DNA of 63,547 nt, counting the filler, from Phoronis australis (taxonomy: Eukaryota > Animalia > Phoronida), in assembly GCA_002633005.1 (NCBI GenBank). It is 7 parts of 7 records of this genome, joined end to end, with 100 filler letters (N's around TTAATTAATTAA, not from the genome) between each part and the next. Parts side by side here need not be neighbours in the genome. Positions count along the whole stretch, not along the records: positions 37,442 to 48,760 come from NMRA01001701.1; positions 48,861 to 60,336 come from NMRA01001368.1; 5 more parts are not named here. One strand, 5' to 3'. The notes under the pieces were generated by a model. The model ran no database searches and was not told the DNA's origin. It saw nothing but the letters and a program-made list of their open reading frames with translations. Position 1 is the first letter of the stretch. Every line of letters begins with the position of its first letter. The position numbers and the translations under genes are program-made. Positions 38,120 to 49,928 of this stretch are shown in pieces.

Positions 38120-39566
38120 GACGGGTGAGAAACAACATGACCGCCGGTCCTCTTAAATCGGACCGACTCACCCAAAACAGGACCTCCGGGGATCAAATGG
38201 GACCGTCGCACCAGAAAATGGGACTGACGCACACAAAAATATGACCGCCCCACCAGAAAACAGGAACGCCGGACACTGAACATGACCGCCGGGGATTGAA
38301 ACCGCAGTGACAAAGAAGTTAACATTTATTACCGGTAGGCCTACACAGATCATACAATGGAGCTATATACGTATGCATATGCAGGTCTCGTGCCGATTTA
38401 CTCCAACGAGATGGTTTGTGCGCTACAGGACACTTCGCTTTGTAACACGCGGCGCTTTTGAGTTTTAACCACAAACCAACCACGTTGCAAGCTTTTGAGC
38501 TAAATAATTATAACTTAATCCACTGCGTAAGATCTAGAACAAAATGAAAATCGTGTTCTCAATTTGACGTTTTAGTCAAGAATAAAACGGGCGTTCTGGT
38601 TCTCGGGTGAAGCATCATGTGCGGCAAAGCAGTACACTAAATATACCGATGGCGCCGATGTGGGTAAACACTGAACATATAAAATCTTCACCGAATTAGT
38701 GTTATTAACGACACTGTTCCTTGAGTAAACTAAATTATTTATCGGCGCTCGCCGGGAAAAATTGTCGGTCTGTCGTTATTCTGCTGCTAAAATTGAGATG
38801 CGTTCTTTTAGGTCGGCTTACATTGACCAGTTCCTTATTTTTTTCACCGTTCAGTCAGCTCTTCTTCTCTTCAACGAGGTTGCGTACATGGCACAACAAA
38901 TTGTTGGAACTGGTTTCATTTCGTCATAAGTTTTTAATATTTTAATACCAGCAATCGAATTTCAGAACAAATCGTGCTGCTGCGAAGTTGAGTCATCATC
39001 TTCCGAAACATGTCGCAAAATTTTAGGACATTTCGCGTGCTCATGTCACGAGCGCGACAGACTTTTTTTGTTACATTAGGCAAACAAATGACGTTCATTA
39101 GATTGTTTTTCACTCAAGCGTCTGCAACCTGCAAGGTGAGTGTTGATTGACTCCTAGATTTTGCATGCGCCTGCTCCGCTCGCTAGCTCTACATGTTGAT
39201 ATAATTAAGTTTCACGACGAGGTGACGAGCAGAACTAAGATACCCGGCCCGGGCTGTGGGAAATTTCGGGGATGTAACGGAGCTCAATAACACAGTGCTA
39301 CCAAGTTTTATTTTGGCGAGTCTTTACACAGCTAGCTGACCGGTTACGTAATCACAAGCAGTATCATACAAAGACATTGATAACTACATATTGTCCGGCG
39401 GTCATGTTCAGTCCCCGGCGATCCTGTTTTCTGGTGGGGCGGTCATGTTTTTAGGTGCGTCAGTCCCATTTTCTGGTGCGACGATTCCATTTGATCCCCG
39501 GAGATCCTATTTTGGGTGAGTCAGTCCGATTTAGAGGACCGGCGGTCATGTTGTTTCTCACCCGTG
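38120..39566. mobile_element. Non-autonomous DNA transposon with ~170-bp terminal inverted repeats
   Basis: ACGGGTGAGAAACAACATGACCGCCGGTCCTC... at 38121 is the reverse complement of ...GAGGACCGGCGGTCATGTTGTTTCTCACCCGT(G) ending 39566; flanked by TAATT(G) on both sides. Confidence 0.9.
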
Positions 39567-41983
39567 TAATTGTATTCTCAAAATCTCCTGAGCTGTGTCA
39601 GTCTACTTCTTGGTTCCTGGCGTGTCGGTCGTTTTCAGCACTAATTCACTTTGTTTTCTTAAGTATTCCTACTGATTTTTGCATTTCCATTTGTTTATTT
39701 TGTACAGGGGACCTTCTTATTAGCTGTCAATAACCTTTAGAAGGCCTCCTAATTGAAATCAAAATTTAATCAATGTATTATTATAATGTAATGTTAATAA
39801 AAGTGTTTTCTCTCTCTCTCCCTCCCTCTCTCCCTCTCTCTCTCCGAGCGGCTAGTAGTTGTTGCTGCCAATGAGTTTTTGAAACCATGGCAAACATTCA
39901 CTTAGCTTAAAATAGTTTACAAATATACAGTGTTAAAATCCTGTATATTTGTAAGGTTTATACGTACGTCTAGCGTTCGTGAATCACATTGCACAAGGTT
40001 CCGAGTCTCATACGCTGTCCATTTCGCATGCCGTGCATTACGAGTAGGCCTATACAATGATCGAGCCAAATGAGACTTATTTAGCTCATTGACCTATTTA
40101 TATACCATGTACCTTGCACCATTATCGAGTGTTGTGTATGGCTATCATGAAATCTGGGACAATTTATAGGCCTAATCGTATGTAAAATGCGTTAAAAATG
40201 ACCGGCACCAGCGAGTTTTGGATTGATGCTCACCGTTCAGCAGCATTCTCTGACTGAATAAGATTTTGAATACGTCACCGACTAATAACGTAACATTGGG
40301 AAGGCGGTACAGTTGACAGTTTCAATCGACTAACAGCGCTGTGATTGAAGGTTCAGTGATGCCGTATTCGTTTCAGCGTTGACATTAGTCTAGCCTTAAT
40401 TACGCCGACTGTACAATACATCTTTCCTGCAAATTAACCAATACTGAAAATGCTGTTGCTACAAACACTATGTCACTAACTTCAGAAGTGTATTTCTCCT
40501 AGCTCAAAATTCCAACTGACAGAGCCTTAGCGCATGGGCATTTTCGGTCAACAGCCTTGTGGACTTCTCCAGTGTGCATGCAAGCCCATGGTGAAGCTAT
40601 TAGTCAAGGTTTGGCCTACCTGACTGCTGTATCCTTAACCGAAATGTTGATCAAAAACCGAATGACCAAGCAGATGTGTTGAATATCAAGCGTATTGCGA
40701 AACTCTACTGCTACTGCTGTAACTCAAACTGTTAGCGCTGCTAGCTAAGTCCTTTCACTAAACACAGGGTTCAGCAGCATATGCGGGGTGGACAGGTCAA
40801 TAACTTGCGCTAATGAACAGATTAGAGGCTCGCGCTTAACACGGCTGTCAACAGCAGCGCAAGAATCCTGCCCGGCAGAGAGGATTTCTGGTTGGTACTC
40901 AACGAAGGTCGAGGCGGCTGGCTACATTAAAACCAGACATCCCAATTTGAGGAGGGATCAAGGGAACTGCAGCTCCCAGCCGGGTGTACGACCTAATTCA
41001 TGCGCGCACCCACAGCCTTCAAATGGGCGGCTCGAATTCCTGGACCTTCTAACAAACTTGAGAGCGGGCGGACTAAAAACAAAAAAGAACGGGAGCCCCC
41101 TGGGTGTGCGCATGTAATTGTACAATCATACTGGTCAACCTCGACGTGGGACTGGCAGTCAGTGAAGAAGGCCGCCCGAGAGAGAGACTAGAGCGGGTGG
41201 AAACGTCTGACTCACCACGATTTAGCCATTTAACATCATATCGGAAAGCAATGAAAAGCCTGCCAGTGTTTCGGGATCGCAAATCTTACAAAATTGAAAC
41301 GTACGTCGCCCCCCCCCCCCCCCCNCACCAGTACATGGGCGGTGCACCACGGAAGGCCGGGCTCTGGGGGCCCGAGCTATAGCCCCCCGCTCCCCCCCCC
41401 CACTTTTTTCAGTGCTGCGCCGCCCTTGCGCGGCAGTAGCAACAAAAGCGTTCAATTGTGTACCTAAAAGTACTTGCGTTTATCGACCGGCGGGACTACC
41501 GGTACCGACGCCGTCAGCAGTGCTCATCAATGAACGAGCACCGCGATTGGCCTACAGAAGTGCTTTTCAAAATACATGTTAATTAAAGAAGGAAATGACA
41601 GTCAGAGGGTAGAACCACGAACTATACTCGTGCCAACAGGCGGCACAGCGTGATCATAATGTGTTCACTAAATAAGGCATATTGCGTACCACATCGGCGA
41701 CACCCGTCACGCTCAATATGACGAAATCGCATTCAAGTTGTTTTGATTTAGTTTTGAGACGTGTTCTGGTTTTCTGATTCACATTTTTGTCAAAATGGAC
41801 TGAGTCCATGGGTGCTATTTTTAGCTTACTAAACGGCTTAATTCTTACTTAATTCATTACCTTGAATTTGATCCGTTTTGACCCGCCAGTGTCAGGACCT
41901 ACGCGGGCAACTAAGGCAAGCATATGCGAAAATTCTTTTCAGAGAACTGAATCAAAGTCACCGAGTCCTCATTGAATTTCATT

Positions 41984-42350
41984 TTTATGCGCCCACTTAT
42001 TTAGATGTGGGCGCCTGTTGCCGTCATCTCTGTCTGGGCGTTCGGCGTCGGGCGTCCGTATACTCTCCTAATTTGAAACCCCTCACAGAATCTTGATCCG
42101 TGAAACCCCTCACAGAATCTTGATGAGATTTGGAAGATATATTCCTCTGAAGCTGACGACGGATGACGACGAATTTCGACCACCGGTGTGCCCCCTAGTG
42201 GCAATTTTATTTTTTTATGTCAACCTCCGTATCTTCAAAAGGGCCCCAACGGATTTTTATGAAATTTGGCACACAGTGAGATGACGCATCCTCCGACGGT
42301 TTTCGGATAGATTCGTGGTATCTTGCGCTACCTAGTGGCCTTTTAAACTA
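41984..42350 (-). mobile_element. 3' end of the Helentron/DINE-like family in reverse orientation
   Basis: Terminal hairpin gcgcccac-N10-gtgggcgc, ggacgcc-like microsatellite, and gccccctagtgg / cctagtggcc cores. Confidence 0.65.
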
Positions 42351-42641
42351 TTTTTGGGTCTATTTTATTATTAGAAAATGTCATTAATCACAGAAGAGCT
42401 CATGAAAAAGATAAAATGGTAAAAATATTGCATCTATGAGTCCATAAAAACAAAAATCAAAAATACACGAGAAGGCTTAGTGCCCTTAGTTGAGTCCCTT
42501 TGGGGGACTGTTTCATGCAACCGGCCAATGCGCTCTTGAGACAATTTTGATCGAAATAACTTTTAAAGTACAAATAACGCCATAAGTTTTTTATCATGAC
42601 GACAAAGATGTGTAGAACACTGTGAGTGCAAGGCGTGTGTG

Positions 42642-42885
42642 CATGCGAGCACGCAAGGGGGGGCTCGGTGGGCTGGAACGAGCCCCCCCCCATTTAACAA
42701 AGTGGGCAAAAAGGTCCAACTCAGAGAAACAAAAATTCCGAAAAAGGTAGAAAAAGAGACAAAAGTCAACTAACAAAATTCGGCGACTGCACAGTTCATA
42801 GCTCTCAACGTACCCCTTAGTAAAAGGTCCACATTTTCAAAAATTTGAGCCCCCCCCCCATTTTTTTAGACTGCGTGTGCGCATG
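42642..42885. mobile_element. MITE with CATGCG..GCACGCA / TGCGTGTGCGCATG ends and G/C runs
   Basis: ~14-bp imperfect TIR; near-duplicated 5-bp flanks gtgtg/gcgtg. Confidence 0.6.
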
Positions 42886-43371
42886 GCGTGGACTCTCTTT
42901 GCTCAGGCACGTCTCGATCTTGTTTCATTTTACCTTTTTGCCCATTAGTAAATCTGGTGTTGTCGATAAAGTCCCCCCTGCATGCTCTACCTGCGTACAT
43001 ATGAATGCTGCCATACGCAAAGGCGGATTTAGGGGGGGGCAGGGGGCCCGGCCCCCTCCCCTTGACTGCCGCAAAAAATAAAACAGCAAGAGCGTAGTTT
43101 ATTAATTAACCCCGGTAATTAACATTATACGGCTGAAACAAGATTTAAATGTGTGCAGTTTTAGTGTGTTTGGGGGGGGGGCTCAGATCCAATTTCAAGT
43201 GTCAAATTCGGAACACGGCGCAATCGTAACGGAGCTGCGGCTAAGTATAGGCTTTCCCGCGATATCCGGACGACCGGCAGTGCGCTGCGCAATACGACTC
43301 CGTTTCCGTCGTCTGCTTCACTGTGCAATGAAGAAAATTACTTTATTTTTTAAAGAAAATGGAATCTGAGT

Positions 43372-44060
43372 NNNNNNNNNNNNNNNNNNNNNNNNNNNNN
43401 NNNNNNNNNNNNNNNNNNNNNNNNNNNNNNNNNNNNNNNNNNNNNNNNNNNNNNNNNNNNNNNNNNNNNNNNNNNNNNNNNNNNNNNNNNNNNNNNNNNN
43501 NNNNNNNNNNNNNNNNNNNNNNNNNNNNNNNNNNNNNNNNNNNNNNNNNNNNNNNNNNNNNNNNNNNNNNNNNNNNNNNNNNNNNNNNNNNNNNNNNNNN
43601 NNNNNNNNNNNNNNNNNNNNNNNNNNNNNNNNNNNNNNNNNNNNNNNNNNNNNNNNNNNNNNNNNNNNNNNNNNNNNNNNNNNNNNNNNNNNNNNNNNNN
43701 NNNNNNNNNNNNNNNNNNNNNNNNNNNNNNNNNNNNNNNNNNNNNNNNNNNNNNNNNNNNNNNNNNNNNNNNNNNNNNNNNNNNNNNNNNNNNNNNNNNN
43801 NNNNNNNNNNNNNNNNNNNNNNNNNNNNNNNNNNNNNNNNNNNNNNNNNNNNNNNNNNNNNNNNNNNNNNNNNNNNNNNNNNNNNNNNNNNNNNNNNNNN
43901 NNNNNNNNNNNNNNNNNNNNNNNNNNNNNNNNNNNNNNNNNNNNNNNNNNNNNNNNNNNNNNNNNNNNNNNNNNNNNNNNNNNNNNNNNNNNNNNNNNNN
44001 NNNNNNNNNNNNNNNNNNNNNNNNNNNNNNNNNNNNNNNNNNNNNNNNNNNNNNNNNNNN
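43372..44060. other. Assembly gap (N run)
   Basis: Continuous Ns; the X-filled ORFs across it are artefacts. Confidence 0.99.
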
Positions 44061-45337
44061 TTTCCTGGCGGGAGGGGGGCAAACCCCCCTCCCGACCTCC
44101 CCCCATTCGGTGCTGTGCGCATCTACAAACGTGCTTTACACAAATGTTTACAGACAAAATGTTGGGCCCCCTTGTGATATTCTAGATCCGACACTGATAC
44201 GGGTCTGGTATTCAGTGAATTACCTGGATACTCCGTTCGTGCAGGTAGGACCTATTTTATAGAGGGACATTCCTTATTTTCCCCGTTGCACTGAGCCCGT
44301 AAGATTTGTATCGTTTGATTTTAACCATGACATGCATCGGCGTGGGGCCCCTGTAGCCGTGGGGCCCCAGGGCAAGAGCCCTAGTGGGTCTTGTGATAAA
44401 GAAGGCACTGCAGTTAATGGAGATGGGGCACTTGGGACTTGCATATTTATTTTCGTAGCTAGAAGCGTGGGTCGTTCCGGTCGTCATATTCCCATTGACA
44501 ACTCTGAGAAGGTACTGCACAGTTCTCACTAATTGAGCTGTGCCTTTACACAGTACTGCATGGACTTCATCGTGTGTCGCCTTTCCTCCACTTTTCTAAC
44601 ACTGTGAACAAAATGAAAAGTTGTGAGTCATTCCACCTTAGAAGCGCTACACGTGATCAGGGAAACTTTATTTTGTCTCACATTTTGGCCCGAAAAGGGA
44701 GCGAGGCAAATTTGACAATTTTCGACCCAAAACCAATTCTTCCCTGACAATCCTTGACACGATGCAACACCAGATTCTGAAAGCAAATTTCTTACAGATT
44801 ACACAAATGTGATCCAAAATGAGTGCTGCCATCCAATCAGATTTTTGCAATTCTAGGTTCATATTTGTGACGGCTGCCTGAAGTCGCAGCCGATTCCTTT
44901 GGGTCGCTGAGCAGTAATGTAACAATGCTACAGGAGTCGCTATATTGGCGACAATGTATCTACAGCCGAACTAGGGGACATTTCTTATCAGCAACATGTC
45001 CACAAACATGGCAAACCAGATTTACTGAACCAGAGTGTAATGCATACCTCAAAACTGCCGTTAAACCTGGCCTATCCCCCCAAAATAATGTTTATGTGGT
45101 GCAAATTGATCGCTTCTACAGTCTAACTGTACACTGCCATCTAAATTCATGTATTATAAGAGTCCTACCAAACAATCGATGTCGATTTAATGACGGGACG
45201 TGGTTAGGAGTTATGACAGAATGTCAGTGCGTGGCTTTCTTGAACTAAACAATCCGACCAAACGCACCATAGCTTGCAATCCGCTCTATTGACAAGACCT
45301 ATCCTGTCTGCGAGCGCTTGCACGCGGGAGCAGCTCA

Positions 45338-45540
45338 CTAGTCCGAAGGTGCAATAGTTCGAAGGTGCAATAGTCCGAAGGTGCAATAGTCCGAAGGTGC
45401 AGTAGTCCGAAGGTGCAGTAGTCCGAAGGTGCAGTAGTCCGAAGGTGCAGTAGTCCGAAGGTGCAATAGTCCGAAGGTGCAATAGTCCGAAGGTGCAATA
45501 GTCCGAAGGTGCAATAGTCCGAAGGTGCAATAGTCCGAGG
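45338..45540. repeat. 16-bp minisatellite (tagtccgaaggtgcaa/g), ~12 copies
   Basis: Near-perfect head-to-tail units with no spacers. Confidence 0.95.
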
Positions 45541-45747
45541 GTCTACTCGGTAAACTGACCCATAAAGCACAAAAATCAGAAAGAAACAGTCTTTAAACAA
45601 AAAATCCGTCCTCAGTAATTAGTTTTCTAACTAAACGAGAAAGCCGTAACAAATCGCATTCATGGCATTTTATTTTTTAATTGGTACAGTTGAGATCCTT
45701 TATTAAATCTTTTGATTACCGTGCAGACGCGTCATCGTCACATTTAG

Positions 45748-45855
45748 CATGGGTGGCGCACCATAGGGGGCTGGGGGCTTTAGCCCTCCTCTTTTTTCAG
45801 TGCTACCACACCCAGGGTCTATAAGTGGTGCACCACAGGTGCTGCGCCGCCCATG
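45748..45855. mobile_element. 108-bp MITE, CATGGGYGGCGCA..TGCGCCGCCCATG, with 5-bp TSD TTTAG; relatives at ~4910-5044 and ~41334-41429
   Basis: 13-bp TIR with one mismatch; tttag at 45743-45747 and 45856-45860; relatives share gct-tagccc cores. Confidence 0.75.
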
Positions 45856-46049
45856 TTTAGTAGACCTATAGCCATGGTCACAAAAAATACAAAATCACTA
45901 CATGGGGCCCCCACAGTTGTCAGACCTGTCCGGAAATAAACGTCAGCCATGGTCTTCTCATCTGGAACGAACACGACTGCTAAGTTTAATAGTGATCCTT
46001 CGAGCAGTTTGGAAGATAAAGAGGCGGACGGAAAAACGGAGTCGAAATA

Positions 46050-46776
46050 ATAAAAATAGCTACTAGTTGGCGCAGATTATGTCGAATCCGCCAGACAATG
46101 AATAAGCATTGTTGTCTCCTTAATAAAAACCCATTTGCCAAATTTCACGAAAATCCACCCGCAAATCAAATAACATAGGCAAACGTAAAAAGAAAATATT
46201 TGCCGTGCACTAGGGGACACAGCTGAAGCCGGATTGGTCTAAAACTCGTCGTCTCTATGTTGCCATCTCTGAAGGAACACATCTGTTAAATTTCAAAAAG
46301 ATCCTCAGAAGAATTAAGGAGACGTGTAGCTATGGACGCCAGTATGGGGCGCCAGAGCAGTAAAACCAAGGAGTGTAGTGTAGTTTGTACACTCCTTGGT
46401 AAAACCCCGTCCAAAAGTTAACATCAGTTACGGTCTTCTCATCAGGAACAAATCTGCCAATGTTATGCTTTGAATTGTTTGACGGATAGAAAGGCAAACG
46501 ACAAAAACGTACTCAAATAATTCAAAATGCTCACCAGGTGGCGCAGAAATGCGTTTTAACTTAAAAGTTAATTCTTCCAAAAATTGGAAGGCGTCATCGC
46601 CTTCTAAATAGAATAAAATCTCTTGGCCAAATTTCATGAAAGTCCACCTAGGAACTCAAAAGATACATAGGCAAATATAAAAAACTAAATTGCCGCTAGG
46701 GGCAGAGCGGTAGTCGGATTGGCGCGAAATTCGTCGTCATCTACTTTGTAGATATACACCTGAGAAATCTCATTAA
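46050..46776 (+). mobile_element. Diverged fragment of the Helentron/DINE-like family; host of the Kolobok-like insertion
   Basis: Contains aaatttcacgaaaatcc, cactagggga, caccaggtggcgc and gccgctaggggc cores. Confidence 0.6.
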
Positions 46777-48437
46777 AGGAGAATGACATCAGATTTAATT
46801 AGTCTTTTTTACCGTCTTAATCGGTCTATATCCACATCGCCTCTTATACAGTCGACCTCACCTTGCCGAGAGGTGTCGCGTTAACCTGTGAGGAAGATGA
46901 GAAACGACGCAGCGACGTCAGTGGTTCGTCTTCAAAGTTAATGCCGCTATATTGCGGTGCATCGTTCTCGCTTGTCCGAACTATGAAGCTGCGAAGAGGG
47001 CGGGTATATCGTTTTTTCAACTTCCTCGAGAGCCCGAAATGCTTAAGAAGTGGCTCGCGGTAGTGAAGAATGAAAGGTACACTGTTAATAGCAAGTATGA
47101 GGCCGTGAAACATCCCCGTGTCTGACGAATTCCGGCTTACCAAAAAACTGTCCGTGCGTTCCGTTGTCTGTGCATGTTCACGGCGCCTCTGTAGCATTTC
47201 TTGATCAGTGTATTCTGGTTCGAATTGATAACCTGTGAAACCTAGCGATCCGACCCGTGAAGTCTTCGTCGGATGAGCTCTTGACCAAGTCGGGATTAGC
47301 GCCGGACGAGTTGCCATGTATTCTGCGTTCTGTTTCACAATGAATTATTCTCATCCTAACTAATACTTATATAAAAGTGAAACAAAATCTGTTTCATTAG
47401 ATACAATTTGTAATGCATTTGCAGTATTCGTGAGTGCAAATGTTGAGAAGCCAGCAATGAATGCTATAAATCACTGCGTTACCGGCTTTTAATGCCGGCA
47501 ATAAAGGTAATTGACCGGGTACCGAGGCCGTGTGAGCGCATGCTAATTCAGTGTTTGCTGACAGAAAGCTGTTGTGAAAAAATTACTCGATTTTATATGC
47601 TATGGTCACATGTTAGTGGAATCTTTATACAAATACATTATTCAAATCATTGTTAATGTACAACCTTTGCCCTAACGGTCTGTGGAAGGGGAACCCGACT
47701 ACGCGGCCCCGACAAGTAAGTACATTTTCAGTTTCGTGGCTAATAATTACAAGCACATTATTTCTTTGGCTCACTATTATAGTCTTTTCGTGAATGGAAG
47801 TTTAGTTTCCAACTCAACCTGGTTTATTTTTGTGCCAGTCTCGGCGGCCGCGAGGGACCTTATCGGGTTCCGAGCCACTGGTCAGGATAACGAGTCAGTC
47901 CGGTCGCGACGGGCCTGATCGGGTTCCGAGCCACTGGCCGGGATAACAAGCGTTTTGTGTGTTTAGAACTAAAAAAATTACAAGTCTAAGCAACAGAGAT
48001 CTAGGTTCTCTTGTGTGTATTCCACGGAAGAATACTTGGAATTTATCTCCGAACAGACCCCAAACTCCTGCTACGGACCTTGGTAAATTGGCCTGCCGAA
48101 CTTTGTATGCTACGGTGTGTACAAATACCAATAAATCCGTAACAGCGAAATAAACGACACGTTTTTACAAGAACTCGGTGTAGTTTTAAGGGTTTTACAT
48201 CGAATTTTGATGATTAATTGGGAGTTAAACGAGGAATTCAACCGATAAGCTGACACCAGTAACCCGTGTTTTGAACTGCTGAACAGACTGCGTGTGAAAC
48301 CAATGACGTCATTGGATAACTTCAACACCTCCGTCTGCCGTCAGGTGTCAGGTAACGCAATCGAACGTGCCGTTATCGAGTAGAGCTCCTCAATCTAAAT
48401 TGATACAAAATAGGTTGTTTTTGGGTGGCATGCTCTT
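46777..48437. mobile_element. Internally deleted Kolobok-like DNA transposon (TTAA target)
   Basis: TTAA|AGGAGAATGACA ... TGGCATGCTCTT|TTAA imperfect TIR (9/12). Truncated THAP on + (46952-47125: RCIVLACPN..GISFFQLPREPEMLKKWL..RV*). Convergent minus-strand fragment with YQFEPEY (47317-~47130). Confidence 0.72.
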
Positions 48438-49561
48438 TTAAGATCCTGAGGCAGCGGACGCATTGAAATATGTACGTGCATAAGAAGGCCGCCCTTATTA
48501 AAACATTTTGTTTTTTCCGCCATATCCTCACTCCTTTGACGTAGTTGGGTATAAAATATTCATTCTTTTTGGTTTGATAATTGAAATGGCGTACTTTATT
48601 TCATTGCTGAATATAACAGCGGTAAATGCAACTTATAGCGACATTAAATTGTCATTAGAATCATAAAGTCGGAATTTCCAACAAACTGTCAGTTCTGTGA
48701 TGACGAAATTAAGCTCTGGACGGGGGTAGTTATATCATGATGACTAGTGATGTTAGAGGGNNNNNNNNNNNNNNNNNNNNNNNNNNNNNNNNNNNNNNNN
48801 NNNNTTAATTAATTAANNNNNNNNNNNNNNNNNNNNNNNNNNNNNNNNNNNNNNNNNNNNTAGATTGGTGACAGACTTCATGTGACATTCAAAACCATCA
48901 GAGACTATAAATTAGTCATTCTGAGTTGAGGCTGACTAGTTAAGTGACATATCATCATTCTCCAATAAGGAGACAGTGAATTCAAATTCACAGTTTCATC
49001 AAATTTTACACAAAATTGGGAAGGCAATCGGTGTAAATTTGAGCAAAATATTTGAAAACACCAGTCACAACCACTAAACCATGGCAAATATATTTTAATT
49101 CAGAAATACAAATCAGACAATACAGGATCACAGTACAATTGTTGTCCATTTGAACCTTTATACACAAACACAAGCTCTGTTGTAACAGAAACAAGGCAAA
49201 AAAGACAGTTGTTGTTCTTTTTTAGTCCTCAGTTGATTAAAAATTAAATTCAACTTTGTGACATGTTGACTTATAGCATGATGAACACTACTATGGTGTA
49301 AGTCACAACGAGGTGTCAGCACTGGCGTTCAAAGGTTCACATTAAAGATGCTATGTCTCATTAAAACCTTGAATATTTAAAGTTGTAGCAAGCGCCACCT
49401 AGTGTCTTCCCCTTGAGAACTGTGTGTACAAGTATAATCAGAAAAAGAAACAGTTTGTTGCACCACATCTAATACACTTAAAACAAGTGTGAATATATAA
49501 AAAACCTAGTAATTCCGAATACTATGCAATTGTTATTTGATAGTGAAATAAACACATATTA

Positions 49562-49928
49562 ACAAGAGCAACGCGGAGCGTTGAAATGCGCCCACAAATG
49601 CATCGCATATGGTGTAGTTTTAGGGGGTTTTGTTTGTATCATTGAAATGGCCACTAGATGGTGCAAAATACATCGAATCCGTCTGAAAACCAGAAAATGT
49701 AGTTTCTTTAAAAGAAAGCCATTTACCAACTTTCCTTAAAATATATCGAGGAACTTCAGAGAAACAGAGGAAAACAAAAAAAAAATGAAATTGCCACTAG
49801 AGGGGCACAGTGTTCGTCGGTTCTGTTTAAAAGTCGTCTTCTTCTCTTGTTAACTTCATATAAATACACGTGCTAAATTTAATAAAGATCCTGCAGAGGG
49901 CTTAGGAGATACAGGTATGGGTGCAAAA
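49562..49928 (+). mobile_element. 5' fragment of the Helentron/DINE-like family
   Basis: ACAAGAGCAACGCGGAGCGTTGAAATGCGCCC start; colinear with 36292-36640. Confidence 0.7.

Noticed and set aside
43318-44177. Three long ORFs of 259-279 aa
   Set aside because: They consist almost entirely of translated Ns.
45338-45540. Regular 16-bp repeats resembling a CRISPR array
   Set aside because: Units are head-to-tail with no unique spacers, there are no cas genes, and the context is eukaryotic.
46844-47338. 164-aa minus-strand ORF as an intact gene
   Set aside because: It is a chimera of the accessory-protein stub and the antisense of the THAP stub across a deletion junction.
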